A DNA stretch of 63,487 nucleotides, filler included. It is 5 parts of 5 records of this genome, joined end to end, with 100 filler letters (N's around TTAATTAATTAA, not from the genome) between each part and the next. Parts side by side here need not be neighbours in the genome. Positions count along the whole stretch, not along the records: positions 48,672 to 58,081 come from SRR20825019_920; positions 58,182 to 63,487 come from SRR20825019_1005; 3 more parts are not named here. The stretch is one strand, 5' to 3'. A model generated the notes under the pieces. The model had not been told where the DNA came from. It did no database searches and saw only the letters and a program-made list of their open reading frames with translations. The position numbers and the translations under genes were made by a program. Shown one piece after another: positions 51,489 to 61,024 of this stretch; positions within the stretch are counted from its first letter, which is position 1, and every line of letters begins with the position of its first letter.

Positions 51489-52345
51489 TGTCAGCCCGCA
51501 GAGGTATTCGACAGCAGACCGACACTTCAACAGGATATATGTAGATGATGTGACTGATAGAGCGGCTGTCTGAGACCTGGCTGCAGTCAGTGAAGGGGAG
51601 TCCAAGCGGCGGGCCGGACCACGGTGGACCTTCCAAAACTCTCCCGCCTCGGACCTTGCACAGCTGGCGGGGTGTCACGTCCCCTGGCCAGCCGCCGGGT
51701 AAAAGATGACCCAGGCGAGCGCCCGGCGGGGACAGTGACCGGGGTGCCAGCGCCACACCCAGACCCGCGCGGACCGGGAGCCGGCCGGCACGCGGGGCCG
51801 CCCACCCCGCGCCGGCGCGCCGCCCCAGATTGATCGATGGGAAACAAAAGGTATCAGTATACATGGGTACTGTAATCGACCACCCTCAAGTTACCGTCGG
51901 ACGCCTCCTCCATCCTCAGCTGAGTAGGTTGCAGCCACCGTGCTACTACGGTGAGAGTGAACTCACTGGTACGGTAACGGGCCGGGGGCCCCCGCCCCCG
52001 CGCGCCCCGCCGGCAGTGAGGGCCGGACAGGCGGTTGCCGGCGTGCTCGGGGGCCCGGACGGGGACGGCGGACGCAGCGCCCCGCCCCGGCCTGGGCGCT
52101 CCCGCCGTGGTCCGGCCCCGCGGCCCCGGCCCGTCCGGCTCACTCCGGGGCTCTGCCTGCCGGGCTGCCGGGCAAGACTGGCAGCCTGCGCATTCATTGC
52201 GTTCTTCTTTTGCTAGGCAATTCACTGAGCCCGGCTCGGCCGGCCAGGGGGAGCACTGCCACGGTGGGGCCCTGCCCGGCCGGGGCGCCGCCAGGTGGCC
52301 GGGGACAGTAGCTGTATAAAGTTCTTGAGTTGCAACGTATCACGT

Positions 52346-55300
52346 ATGTCCGACGGCAAACAGATGGGGTTGCGGGGGTTTGCGGTGCTTGTCGTGCTCA
52401 GCTGGCTCTGCGCCTTGTGTCAGGCTGGGTGCAAGTCCAGTGTGGCACTGCGGGAGCCGGACCCGGCGGATCAGATGCTCGTAGTGGCCTTGGGGCCTGG
52501 GGTTAGTAAGGACGAACAGGAGGAGATTGTTCGCATGAGCAAGGACAACCCCGACTTGGCAGTACTCAAGGTAGCTGAGATAGGTAGATATGCGGCAGTG
52601 GGGGAGCTGCTGAATCGCTCTGGCTATGTCAAGTGTCCTGAGCAGGCTCTTTCTAAGGCCGTGACGGGGTGCTTGAGCCCTGCTGACGGCTCGACTGGAG
52701 TGCTCACTGCAGAGAGGTCCGTTGCTGCCAGTCCGGCACCTATGATGGATATACCACACTCAAGTGAGAGCACACTAGCGAAGGACTGTGTCGGGGAGGT
52801 GGTGGCGGGTGTTGCCAACAGAAGCTGTCTGGATAAGGTGTCCTCAAGTGTCCTGAAGTCGGTATGGCGATGGCGTGGGCTGGAGGAGGTGGCGGAGGCT
52901 ATTGACTTCCTCGTGGACTGCGGTGCGCTCAGTGACACGAACTATGTCGTCAGTAGTGTGCTCCGGGAGGAGCTACGTGAGACCGAACTGGACGACCGCA
53001 AGACAGCATTGTACGATAAGGTTCTCCAGCGGACGCAAGGTGCCTATGCCTCAACATTACCATTCTATTCGAGGATTATTGATCAGGGGGCTAGTGGCGA
53101 TACCAGGACACCCAGGCTGCTTACGTGGTTAATACAAGATCGAGGGTTCAAGGTCAAAACAACAAAGGAGGGGTCCATTTCTAGATACCTCAAAAGAGAG
53201 AGTCTTCTCTTCTCAAAGCAACAGACCCTTACCCGAGACAGCGTCTTTCTGCAAGTCCAATTAATTCTTTTGCTGGAAGAAGTCCACGATCACGCCTGGA
53301 GACAAGCGGCACGATGGAATCTGATCAATTGGCAGCCAGAGCCGCAGACGGTTCTGCTAGAGACGTGGGTGGAAGCCGGATTAACTGATCGGGGTGACGT
53401 TGTGCGTGTGATCGAGGACTACATGCACCTCACCTTGCCCTCTCTTCGTCCCGATACCATAGTGGCCGTGGTGAATACGTACATAGCGTCAGGCAATGCG
53501 AAGGCACTCGGTTATTTGGACTTCAAGTCCGTGTTGCCTGTTGTCCTGCCCGAGCTGGTGTCCTCCTGGCATATTCCGGAGGGGTTTGGTGAAGAGCTAC
53601 TTGAAATGGCGAAGATGAACGGGCTTGTCAATACCGCACGGCTCGCGTCGGCGTTGGGATCGCATCCGTCTGCTTCCGATTGGAGAGCTATCTATTCAAA
53701 GGACTCGAAAAAGATTGGCGGCCACCTTTCTTGGCACTACCTGGCGACATCCTTGGATGCAGGAGGCCACTCAATGGATTGGCGTAAGCATCTGAACGAG
53801 ATGGGCTGCGCTTCAGCGACTATGCTAGACCAGTAAGTGGATTGATTCGTTGCATGCTGGGTAATGGATGGGTTGGCTGACGTTGCATCCCTGCAGATCA
53901 AAGTGTGGAACATGCTGGGGTAAGTCGGGTTACTGTTAATTTGGGGAGGCGATCTCACGATGTTCGCTTAATTTGATTTTGTGTTTCTTTCTGTGAATAT
54001 TGTGTATATTGTGAATCGATGGCACTGACTTCTTGATTGTCACCTTGCAGCGAATGCGATATCAACGGTAATTGGGATGCGGATGTGCCTCAAGACCCTT
54101 GGGGCATTTGGTATGCAGCTCTCTGTCATGTCACTTGTGGAGGCCATCAAGTATCGAGCAGATCCACACTTACACAACCGTTACCAAAACTACAAGAGGA
54201 AGTCCCCAGCTGCCAACCTAGAGGTCTCGAATGGAGTGCGAATCATCGATTCCAAAGATCCAATGACTCGCCGACAGATTGTTGCAATGGACCCCCAGCT
54301 AGTAATGTCAAATTACAAAGACCACGGTGGATCCTCCTCGATGGTTCCGGAGTGGCTGACAGGGTTGGGGGGAGAGGGACTCCAACCACTTATGTGCAAT
54401 ACTGCCAAGTGCAAGACAATTGGAGATTCTACCACGCGTGCACTGGGCAGTTTCATGTTTGGATCTCTTCGCCATCCAAAGCTGAAGACCTCAAAGGAGG
54501 CGCATGACAGTCAGCGTAAAAAAGGGGTAAATTCCGCGCCAAAGGTTGACATTGACGATGTTAGACTGTCGCAACAGGACAGAGATCTGCACATGGCCAA
54601 GGTGGTATTAAGGCACTTCAAGGGTCATAAAAGGCTTCAAGCGCTGCGTGCGAACACGGGCGCTTTGATGCCCGCCACACGTGATGAGCTGCTGGAGGAC
54701 ATGGTTGTGTGTGACAAGAGCAGCGGGTATGGCATTCAGATCGACAAAAGGCAACCGAACACGATGAATGCCCATGGCGCATCAGTCCATCGCATTGAAA
54801 AGGAGCTCAACACACATGGACCATTGGTAGTGACGTTGAGGTGGGATTACGTCCTATTGCTGTTGAAAAAAGCACCGCGTGTCACTGCTCATGCCGATGC
54901 CGGATCGGCTGTTGAGGTAACATTAGTGGACAGAACTAGGGCTCCGAATCGGAACGAAGCAAGCTCAAGCAGGGATGCTTCACATGCGGTGGTGCTCATA
55001 GGGTATCAAAAGGCAGACCCTGTCGACTATTGGATCTTCCAGTGAGTATCGGCGTGATCATCCTCGTCTTGAAGGTCGTCCTGACATCTGTGGTGCAGGA
55101 ACTCATGGGGAACCGACTGGCATCAAGGACAGGAGGGATACTTCTACCTCCAGAAGGGTCCATTGAAAACACGACCGCCCACCCTCGATCCTGGTGTCCT
55201 CACTCGGGATTTTTTCGAAGCGGCTGATGGTGTTAGGACAATCGGGCCCAACATTGATGGCGGCACCTTAGGGCGCTGGATGAAGCTTAACCGGAAATGC

Positions 55301-55453
55301 CAACTGAGCCTCGGAGTAACGAGCTGTGGAGATGGTTATTGCGCAAATATTGCACGGGAAGTGCAGGTCACTGGAGATGTCGAGGGTGCAGACTATGCAT
55401 GCGTCTGTGCCACGAGTCCATTCACAGCACAGGCCACCACGTGCGCGCGATAG
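52346..55453 (+). CDS. Spliced, secreted papain-family (C1A) cysteine protease, about 951 aa; exons 52346-53832, 53897-53919, 54051-55041, 55099-55453
   Basis: Splicing gives a 2856-nt frame with DWR...DQSKCGTCWANA, SHAVVLIGY and YWIFQNSWGTDW..GQEGYF; signal peptide MGLRGFAVLVVLSWLCALCQA; TATAAA at 52315. Confidence 0.88.
53833..53896 (+). other. Spliceosomal intron 1 (64 nt)
   Basis: GTAAGT donor, CTGAC branch point at 53877, TGCAG acceptor. Confidence 0.88.
53920..54050 (+). other. Spliceosomal intron 2 (131 nt)
   Basis: GTAAGT donor, CTGAC at 54025, TTGCAG acceptor. Confidence 0.88.
55042..55098 (+). other. Spliceosomal intron 3 (57 nt, contains an in-frame TGA)
   Basis: GTGAGT donor, CTGAC at 55081, TGCAG acceptor; removal restores QNSWG. 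Confidence 0.9.
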
Positions 55454-55618
55454 GGCATTAGAATCTAAGCATATGAATGATTAAAAACAAATCCAGAACA
55501 TGTGTCGGAAGTTATATATTGTTTAGCCAAAGTCTATATTGGTACTGACTGCTGATTGAAGTGGTCAACATGAACCTTTATTGCTAGGAGCTCTCTTCTT
55601 CAAAGCCTATGATTATAC

Positions 55619-57355
55619 CTACAACAATATTTGCTCAAGAGTTTCAATGTATTTTTGAGCAGTTATTGGTGTGCCAGCAGATTTCAATACCGTCAAGATA
55701 TGAGCATCCATACCCAAAACTAGGTTCTCGTCCGAGGTTCCCTCACCGGTAGTATACCCATGCAACGTGAGACGGACCCCGTGTACACGGGCTGCCAGCA
55801 TCTGCAGGAGTGCCACCGCAAACTTATCGTTTCCAAAGGCCCCTGCTCCCAGCTTCCCGCTGTGGATATTTGTGAATCCATGCTTGGTTGCAAACTTGAA
55901 CCCAGCGCTTGCCGTGGCATAAAGGTCTGTCAGAGCTTGCATGCTAGTGGACGAAACGGCGTAAACCTTCGTGTCCTTCTGACTGTGGTCCATGAGATCT
56001 GGTGCTGCTATCGCAAGGGTGCTGTAGATCTGTTTCCCAGATGCCAATGCAGAAAAGAATGAAGTCGAACCTTTCGCCTGACGCCATTGAGCATAGCCGT
56101 GGCGGCCATACGTGTCCTTGTTCAGTTTAAGCACCCTCACAACATTCTCAATAATAACAGGCTTCGGTGTACCTCTGCCCGCCCCCTGTCCACCTTCCCT
56201 TGTGAGCAGCGAACACCAATACTTGCCATGCGATCCAAGATCCGACACAGACGCCACAGTAGACATGTCAACGCTCTCGCCAGATTTGGTGGTGTAGTGA
56301 TTCAGAGCAAGCTCGGCCAACTGCGGCGACTCCATAAACATCCGCTCCTCTTGAACATTGCCATGAGTGGCAAAACCTCCTCCGAGCCTCTTGTTTGCAA
56401 AGTCAACCCAGAGTGTTTTTGACATGTCTTTTCCTTCGAAAGAGTAGAAATCTTGCGTGAACCGGAACTCCTGGGCGGTGTCTGAGGGCGGAGAGAATGT
56501 TTCCTTCAGATAAGTACCACTGGTGATATATGTGGTCATATCGCTACCAGCCTGTTCCCATTTGAAGTCCGGCGGTGTTGTCGGGTAGGCCTCGTTGAAT
56601 TTCTTGATCGCCTCCTCGAATGCGGCCGCCTTGTCGTTGTAAAATGCCCTTTGATTCTCTTCCTCTTTGGTATTTGTCCCCGCGGCCTTCAGCAATTGGA
56701 TGACGTGTTTAAGCGCTTTGAAAGGGTCCGCACTGTTTGATTGCTGGGCTAGTTTGAACTCCGGACAGCGGAAACTCCAGTTGGTGTTGTCAATCTTGAA
56801 GTCATACGGGTTAGGAGACAGGTCCTGTCCCTCCCACTTGACGTACTCATTCGTGACTCTATTTCCTATCAAGCTCCACTTATTCTTATTGGCGTTCCAC
56901 CACTTCACAGCGGCCTCGTCGTCGTCGTACAGTGCTATCCCGTGTTGGCCGTTGCGTTGGTAACTGAACTCGAGATACTTAACCGCTGGGTTAACTATCG
57001 TGTAGCGCCAACTGCCAAAGGTGAGGCTTCCTTGGGAAGTATCCCAAGCCCACTGCTTGCTAAAGTGCTTTGAGGCCCATTCCTTCAGCTTGGGCGCCAA
57101 ATCTAGATTCTTCATCATGTTCCGGTGCGCCGCTCCGTCCTGGTACATCCACTCCTCGGTCCCGTCACTATATCCCTTAAAGACGGCATCCTTAAAGCCA
57201 GAAGGTGTGACGTCAGAGGCACTGTTACGGGCTATCTTGAATGTGACTTTAGCAATTAACCTCCTGTCCATGTGGTTGACATGGCCGGCGTTCACACACC
57301 ACACGGCAAGCACCAGGCCAATAAGAAGACCTGCGCCCTGACCTGGTAGAGCCAT
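55619..57355 (-). CDS. Signal-peptide protein (578 aa) with a C-terminal poly(ADP-ribose) glycohydrolase (PARG) catalytic domain
   Basis: MALPGQGAGLLIGLVLAVWCVNA; WVDFANKRLGGGFATHGNVQEE (GGG-x7-QEE); IHSGKLGAGAFGN; AATAAA about 37 nt after the stop. Confidence 0.82.
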   Translation of the reverse strand: MALPGQGAGLLIGLVLAVWCVNAGHVNHMDRRLIAKVTFKIARNSASDVTPSGFKDAVFKGYSDGTEEWMYQDGAAHRNMMKNLDLAPKLKEWASKHFSKQWAWDTSQGSLTFGSWRYTIVNPAVKYLEFSYQRNGQHGIALYDDDEAAVKWWNANKNKWSLIGNRVTNEYVKWEGQDLSPNPYDFKIDNTNWSFRCPEFKLAQQSNSADPFKALKHVIQLLKAAGTNTKEEENQRAFYNDKAAAFEEAIKKFNEAYPTTPPDFKWEQAGSDMTTYITSGTYLKETFSPPSDTAQEFRFTQDFYSFEGKDMSKTLWVDFANKRLGGGFATHGNVQEERMFMESPQLAELALNHYTTKSGESVDMSTVASVSDLGSHGKYWCSLLTREGGQGAGRGTPKPVIIENVVRVLKLNKDTYGRHGYAQWRQAKGSTSFFSALASGKQIYSTLAIAAPDLMDHSQKDTKVYAVSSTSMQALTDLYATASAGFKFATKHGFTNIHSGKLGAGAFGNDKFAVALLQMLAARVHGVRLTLHGYTTGEGTSDENLVLGMDAHILTVLKSAGTPITAQKYIETLEQILL

Positions 57356-57472
57356 CCTGACTTGAGGATGCCAGAACAGACTCGGTCGGCCATATATCAG
57401 GACGTGAGAAGGGCCTGACGAAACCGGTCCGGAGACAGGCCTGGCTTGCTGCCGGGCAAGCCATTCTCTACT

Positions 57473-57913
57473 CAACTTCAAGTTGAAGCCGCCGCGGCCG
57501 TGAAAGCGGTGGGGCAACCCTGGGTTGGGGAACTCGAGTCACTGCCAGTGGCTACCCGGACGGGCCGTTGCCGCAGTCGGGGAGTCTGGCGGGCCGGGGG
57601 ATCCCGCTGCACAGTGACGCCGTGTCAGTGGGGAGTCTTGGTTGGGCCCAACGCACTTGTGTGCTATGGAAATAACGAACCTGAGCCAGTGCAAGTACTG
57701 AGCCGCCGCCTTGCCGTTGGGCGACCCCGGAGTTGGGGTCCGGACCGCGGGTGGGGCACCGGTCGGCGGCCCTACGCAGTTCTATGCTCTAGACATAACG
57801 AAGTTCAATAAGTTTGAGCCAGTGTGAGCGGCCGTTGCAGTTGGGCGACCCTGCGGGTTGCGGGTCGCGGCTTGGTGGGGCACTGGTCGGCAACTTGCAC
57901 GCTTCTGTGCTCT
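57473..57913. repeat. Diverged ~125-bp repeat: two near-complete tandem copies plus partial copies
   Basis: Blocks ataacgaa, tgagccagtg, ttgc(c/a)gttgggcgaccc, gtggggcac(c/t)ggtcggc and ttct(a/g)tgctct recur at about 57670-57790 and 57795-57913; partial copy at about 57490-57530. Confidence 0.65.
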
Positions 57914-58081
57914 CATGAGTACGGCTTCATTCTGACAGAGCCTGGGATCAAACCGAAAAAACATTATCAAAACATTTTCATTACCCCCAAGTTTCAGGGC
58001 CGCGGCTGACAGTGGCCGCCGGACCGGCCGGCGCGCACGGCTGGACCTCCCCGCAGGCCGATAAATTGTTTCTTCTAGAAT

Positions 58082-58181
58082 NNNNNNNNNNNNNNNNNNN
58101 NNNNNNNNNNNNNNNNNNNNNNNNNTTAATTAATTAANNNNNNNNNNNNNNNNNNNNNNNNNNNNNNNNNNNNNNNNNNNN
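58082..58181. other. Artificial contig spacer
   Basis: N44-TTAATTAATTAA-N44. Confidence 0.98.
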
Positions 58182-58362
58182 ACCGGTGAGCTCTTACCTC
58201 ACCTTTTCACCGTTACTAGCAAAGCTAGCTGTATGTTTTCTGTGGCACTTTCCCTAGGCTTACACCCGCCGGGCATTACCCGGTACTATTTTACTATGGA
58301 GTCCGGACTTTCCTCAAAAATTACTAAAAATAGTAATTTTGCAGCAGTACAGTCACCGCATC
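58182..58362 (-). ncRNA. rnpB: RNase P RNA (type A), 5' portion; 3' part cut by contig edge
   Basis: Minus strand GAGGAAAGTCCGGACTCC, GGGTAATGCCC, AGGGAAAGTGCCACAGAAAA, GGTGAAAAGGTGAGGTAAGAGCTCACC; TTGACT-17-GATAAT promoter upstream. Confidence 0.95.
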
Positions 58363-58431
58363 CTAATTATCTATTAGAAAGTCAATTAAGTCAATGATAG
58401 TTAAAATAACTAATTTATACTTCAAAAAAAT

Positions 58432-59286
58432 TTATACTTTAAAAAATTGACTATTAAACTTCTTGTTAATTTCTATAAGAGATTTAGGGAATAGATCTAA
58501 ATTATATTGTTCATCATATGCATTTCCATAAATAATTCTACATTCTTTATAAGTTTTACATTTTAAACCAATAAGTATAGATTTAAGAATAACAAATAGT
58601 GCTAAATATATTGAGGTCTCTGGAGATGATAATCTGTGCTCTATCCTATAAGGTATTTTATCTGGAACTCTTATTGATGTAGTTCTATTATTTCTTCCAT
58701 AGCTTACAGAAGAAGGAGCATGAAACTTATAATTAAATCTCAATAAAGATTCATATGATGAACAAAATACCATAAAACTATTCATCATATTTGATAAAAT
58801 ATAGTAAGCTGCATTATCTAAAGCCTTTTTGTTATCAAATAAATTACCTTCCTTATTAATTATATTGATATGAATATGCATAGCGTTTCCATAATCACTT
58901 TCAAAAGGTTTTGGTGATAAATACGCTTCCCCTCCACTATTTAGTGCAGATAATTTTATTTTATTAATATAAAAATTTACTTTTTCTATAAAGTTATTTA
59001 TATAAGTTTTGATGTTAGTTGTATTGATCTTTAAATTAATATCAAGGATATTAACATCAATCTCAAATTGATTTTGTCCTTTTTCTTTTTTTATAGGAAT
59101 AGCTAGTTTCTTTTGAAACTCTTCAAAATTTACCTTACCCGACAAGTAAAATTCTATTTCAGCTCCAAGTACTGGAAAAAATCCTCTATGAGCAAATTCT
59201 TGTGCTAATTTTTCTATAGCATTGTTTTTTTTAAGATTGTTTTCTATTATAGTTAATCTATTTTGAATCTCATCTTCTATATGCAT
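58432..59286 (-). CDS. Glutamine synthetase-family protein, catalytic domain only
   Basis: GAEIEFY, EKGQNQFEI, PKPF..DYGNAMHIH, NNRTTSIRVP, RIEHR; about 284 aa with no N-terminal beta-grasp domain. Confidence 0.8.
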   Translation of the reverse strand: MHIEDEIQNRLTIIENNLKKNNAIEKLAQEFAHRGFFPVLGAEIEFYLSGKVNFEEFQKKLAIPIKKEKGQNQFEIDVNILDINLKINTTNIKTYINNFIEKVNFYINKIKLSALNSGGEAYLSPKPFESDYGNAMHIHINIINKEGNLFDNKKALDNAAYYILSNMMNSFMVFCSSYESLLRFNYKFHAPSSVSYGRNNRTTSIRVPDKIPYRIEHRLSSPETSIYLALFVILKSILIGLKCKTYKECRIIYGNAYDEQYNLDLFPKSLIEINKKFNSQFFKV

Positions 59287-59994
59287 CACTTAATCAAAAA
59301 TAAAGTTTATTATAATTTTTTTGATAAGTTATCAGGTCTTTCATTATGCTTCAATGATTATTCGTTTAATGATGATAATTATTTAAATTCTAGTAATCAA
59401 ATTAAAAATTATTTTGATGCAAAAAAAGTAATTACTATGAATCAAAAACATGAAACTAATATTATTCATGTAAATAATTATAACATAACTGAAAAAGAAG
59501 GTGATGCTATCATTACAGAACTTAAAGATATTGTGCTGATAGTAAAAACTGCTGATTGCGTACCTATTTTAATTTCAAATAAGCAAGGAAATATAATTTC
59601 CGCTATTCATGCAAGTTATAAGTCTGTTAAAAAAGATATCATTAATAAAGTTTCTCATGAGATTAAGAAGAAAGATCAAAGTAAATTATATGCATCTATT
59701 GGACCATCTATTAGACAAGATAGTTATGAAGTAGGTAAAGAAATTTATGATGAAGTTATTAGAGATAATAATTCTTATAAAAACTTCTTTATAGAAAAAT
59801 TAGGTTATAAATATATGTTTGATTTAAGTGGTTATGTTAAAAGTAAACTTTTACTTCAAGGAGTGCACATTATACATCAAAATACAAATGATACATATAA
59901 AAACCCAGGACAATATCCAAGCTATAGATATGCTTGCCATAATAACATAAAATTTCAAGGAAGAATTTTATCTGCAATAGTAATAAAAAGCTAA
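59281..59994 (+). CDS. pgeF: YfiH/PgeF family protein (purine nucleoside phosphorylase/laccase-like domain)
   Basis: NQKH, GDAIIT, KTADCVPIL, AIHASY, IGPSI...YEV, FDL, SYR. Confidence 0.88.
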   Translation: MHHLIKNKVYYNFFDKLSGLSLCFNDYSFNDDNYLNSSNQIKNYFDAKKVITMNQKHETNIIHVNNYNITEKEGDAIITELKDIVLIVKTADCVPILISNKQGNIISAIHASYKSVKKDIINKVSHEIKKKDQSKLYASIGPSIRQDSYEVGKEIYDEVIRDNNSYKNFFIEKLGYKYMFDLSGYVKSKLLLQGVHIIHQNTNDTYKNPGQYPSYRYACHNNIKFQGRILSAIVIKS

Positions 59995-59998
59995 ATTT

Positions 59999-60706
59999 AT
60001 GCAAAAATATTTTTTAAAATTATTTACTCCAAGAATATTTATAAACATATATAATTACTCATTATTGCCTTCTATGATTATAGGATCAATTTTATTTAGT
60101 GCTGGCCTATATTTTGCACTTTTTAATTCACCTTTAGATTATCAGCAAGGTGAATATGTAAGGATTATGTATGTTCATGTACCTTTTGCTCATTTGAGTA
60201 TGATTATATATTTAATTATTGGTTTACTTAGTATTATTGCTATTACTCATGAGGTGAAGCTTGCATATATTTATGCTGCATCTCTTGGAGAAATAGGAGT
60301 AATTTTTGCTTTTTTAACTTTAATTACAGGTATGATATGGGCAAAACCTATCTGGGGTACTTGGTGGGTATGGGATGCAAGACTTACATCAATGTTAATA
60401 TTATTTATGCAATATCTTGGATATGTCTCTATTACTAATTCAAATGAAATAATTAGTAAATCATATAAACCAGCCTCTGTTATAGCAATAATTGGTTTAA
60501 TAAATATACCAATTATAAAATTTTCTGTTAATATATGGGCAAGTTTGCACCAACCATCAAGTTTAATAAGGTATGGAGGTCCGTCTATTGATGGATCTAT
60601 GTTGCTTCCACTTTTTATAATGTTTTCTGGTTTTTGTTTTTATTCATTTGTCATTTTTTTGTTAAATACAAGAACCAGGCTTTATCAACTACAAAATAAG
60701 ATATGA
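59999..60706 (+). CDS. ccmC: Heme exporter protein C
   Basis: RIMYVHVP, WAKPIWGTWWVWDARLTS, LHQ. Confidence 0.95.
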   Translation: MQKYFLKLFTPRIFINIYNYSLLPSMIIGSILFSAGLYFALFNSPLDYQQGEYVRIMYVHVPFAHLSMIIYLIIGLLSIIAITHEVKLAYIYAASLGEIGVIFAFLTLITGMIWAKPIWGTWWVWDARLTSMLILFMQYLGYVSITNSNEIISKSYKPASVIAIIGLINIPIIKFSVNIWASLHQPSSLIRYGGPSIDGSMLLPLFIMFSGFCFYSFVIFLLNTRTRLYQLQNKI

Positions 60707-60709
60707 TTT

Positions 60710-61024
60710 ATGACTTACATAGTGACTGATGAATGTGTAAAGTGTAAATACACAGATTGTGTTGAAGTTTGTCCTGTGGATTGCTTCCATGAAGGAGAAA
60801 TGATGCTAGTTATTAATCCACAAGAATGTATAGATTGTGGAAATTGTGTAACAGAATGCCCAGTAGAAGCTATTAAACCAGAAGCAGCAGAGCTAGTAAC
60901 TTGGATAGAAAGAGCATCAAAATATTCTGCAATTTGGCCAAGAATTACAAACGCTAAAACTCCACTTATAGATGCAGACAAATACAAAGATGAGAAAAAT
61001 AAGTATGAAAAATACTGCACTTAG
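60710..61024 (+). CDS. fdxA: FdxA-type ferredoxin
   Basis: [30 protein letters not shown]. Confidence 0.92.
   Translation: MTYIVTDECVKCKYTDCVEVCPVDCFHEGEMMLVINPQECIDCGNCVTECPVEAIKPEAAELVTWIERASKYSAIWPRITNAKTPLIDADKYKDEKNKYEKYCT

Noticed and set aside
51355-52319. Cluster of Pro/Arg/Gly-rich ORFs in the eukaryotic spacer (likewise 48736-49542 and 57446-58009)
   Set aside because: Low-complexity translations of GC-rich non-coding DNA, open on several frames at once.
52295-55453. ORF-track entries 52295-53836, 54077-55045 and 55163-55453 as three separate genes
   Set aside because: The stops of the first two fall inside intron donor sites (GTAAGT, GTGAGT); splicing joins all three into one protease.
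27784-58181. Four TTAATTAATTAA copies flanked by Ns, read as a biological repeat or as horizontal-transfer junctions
   Set aside because: Identical 100-bp design with stops in all six frames marks an assembly linker; ORFs containing X that cross it are artefacts.
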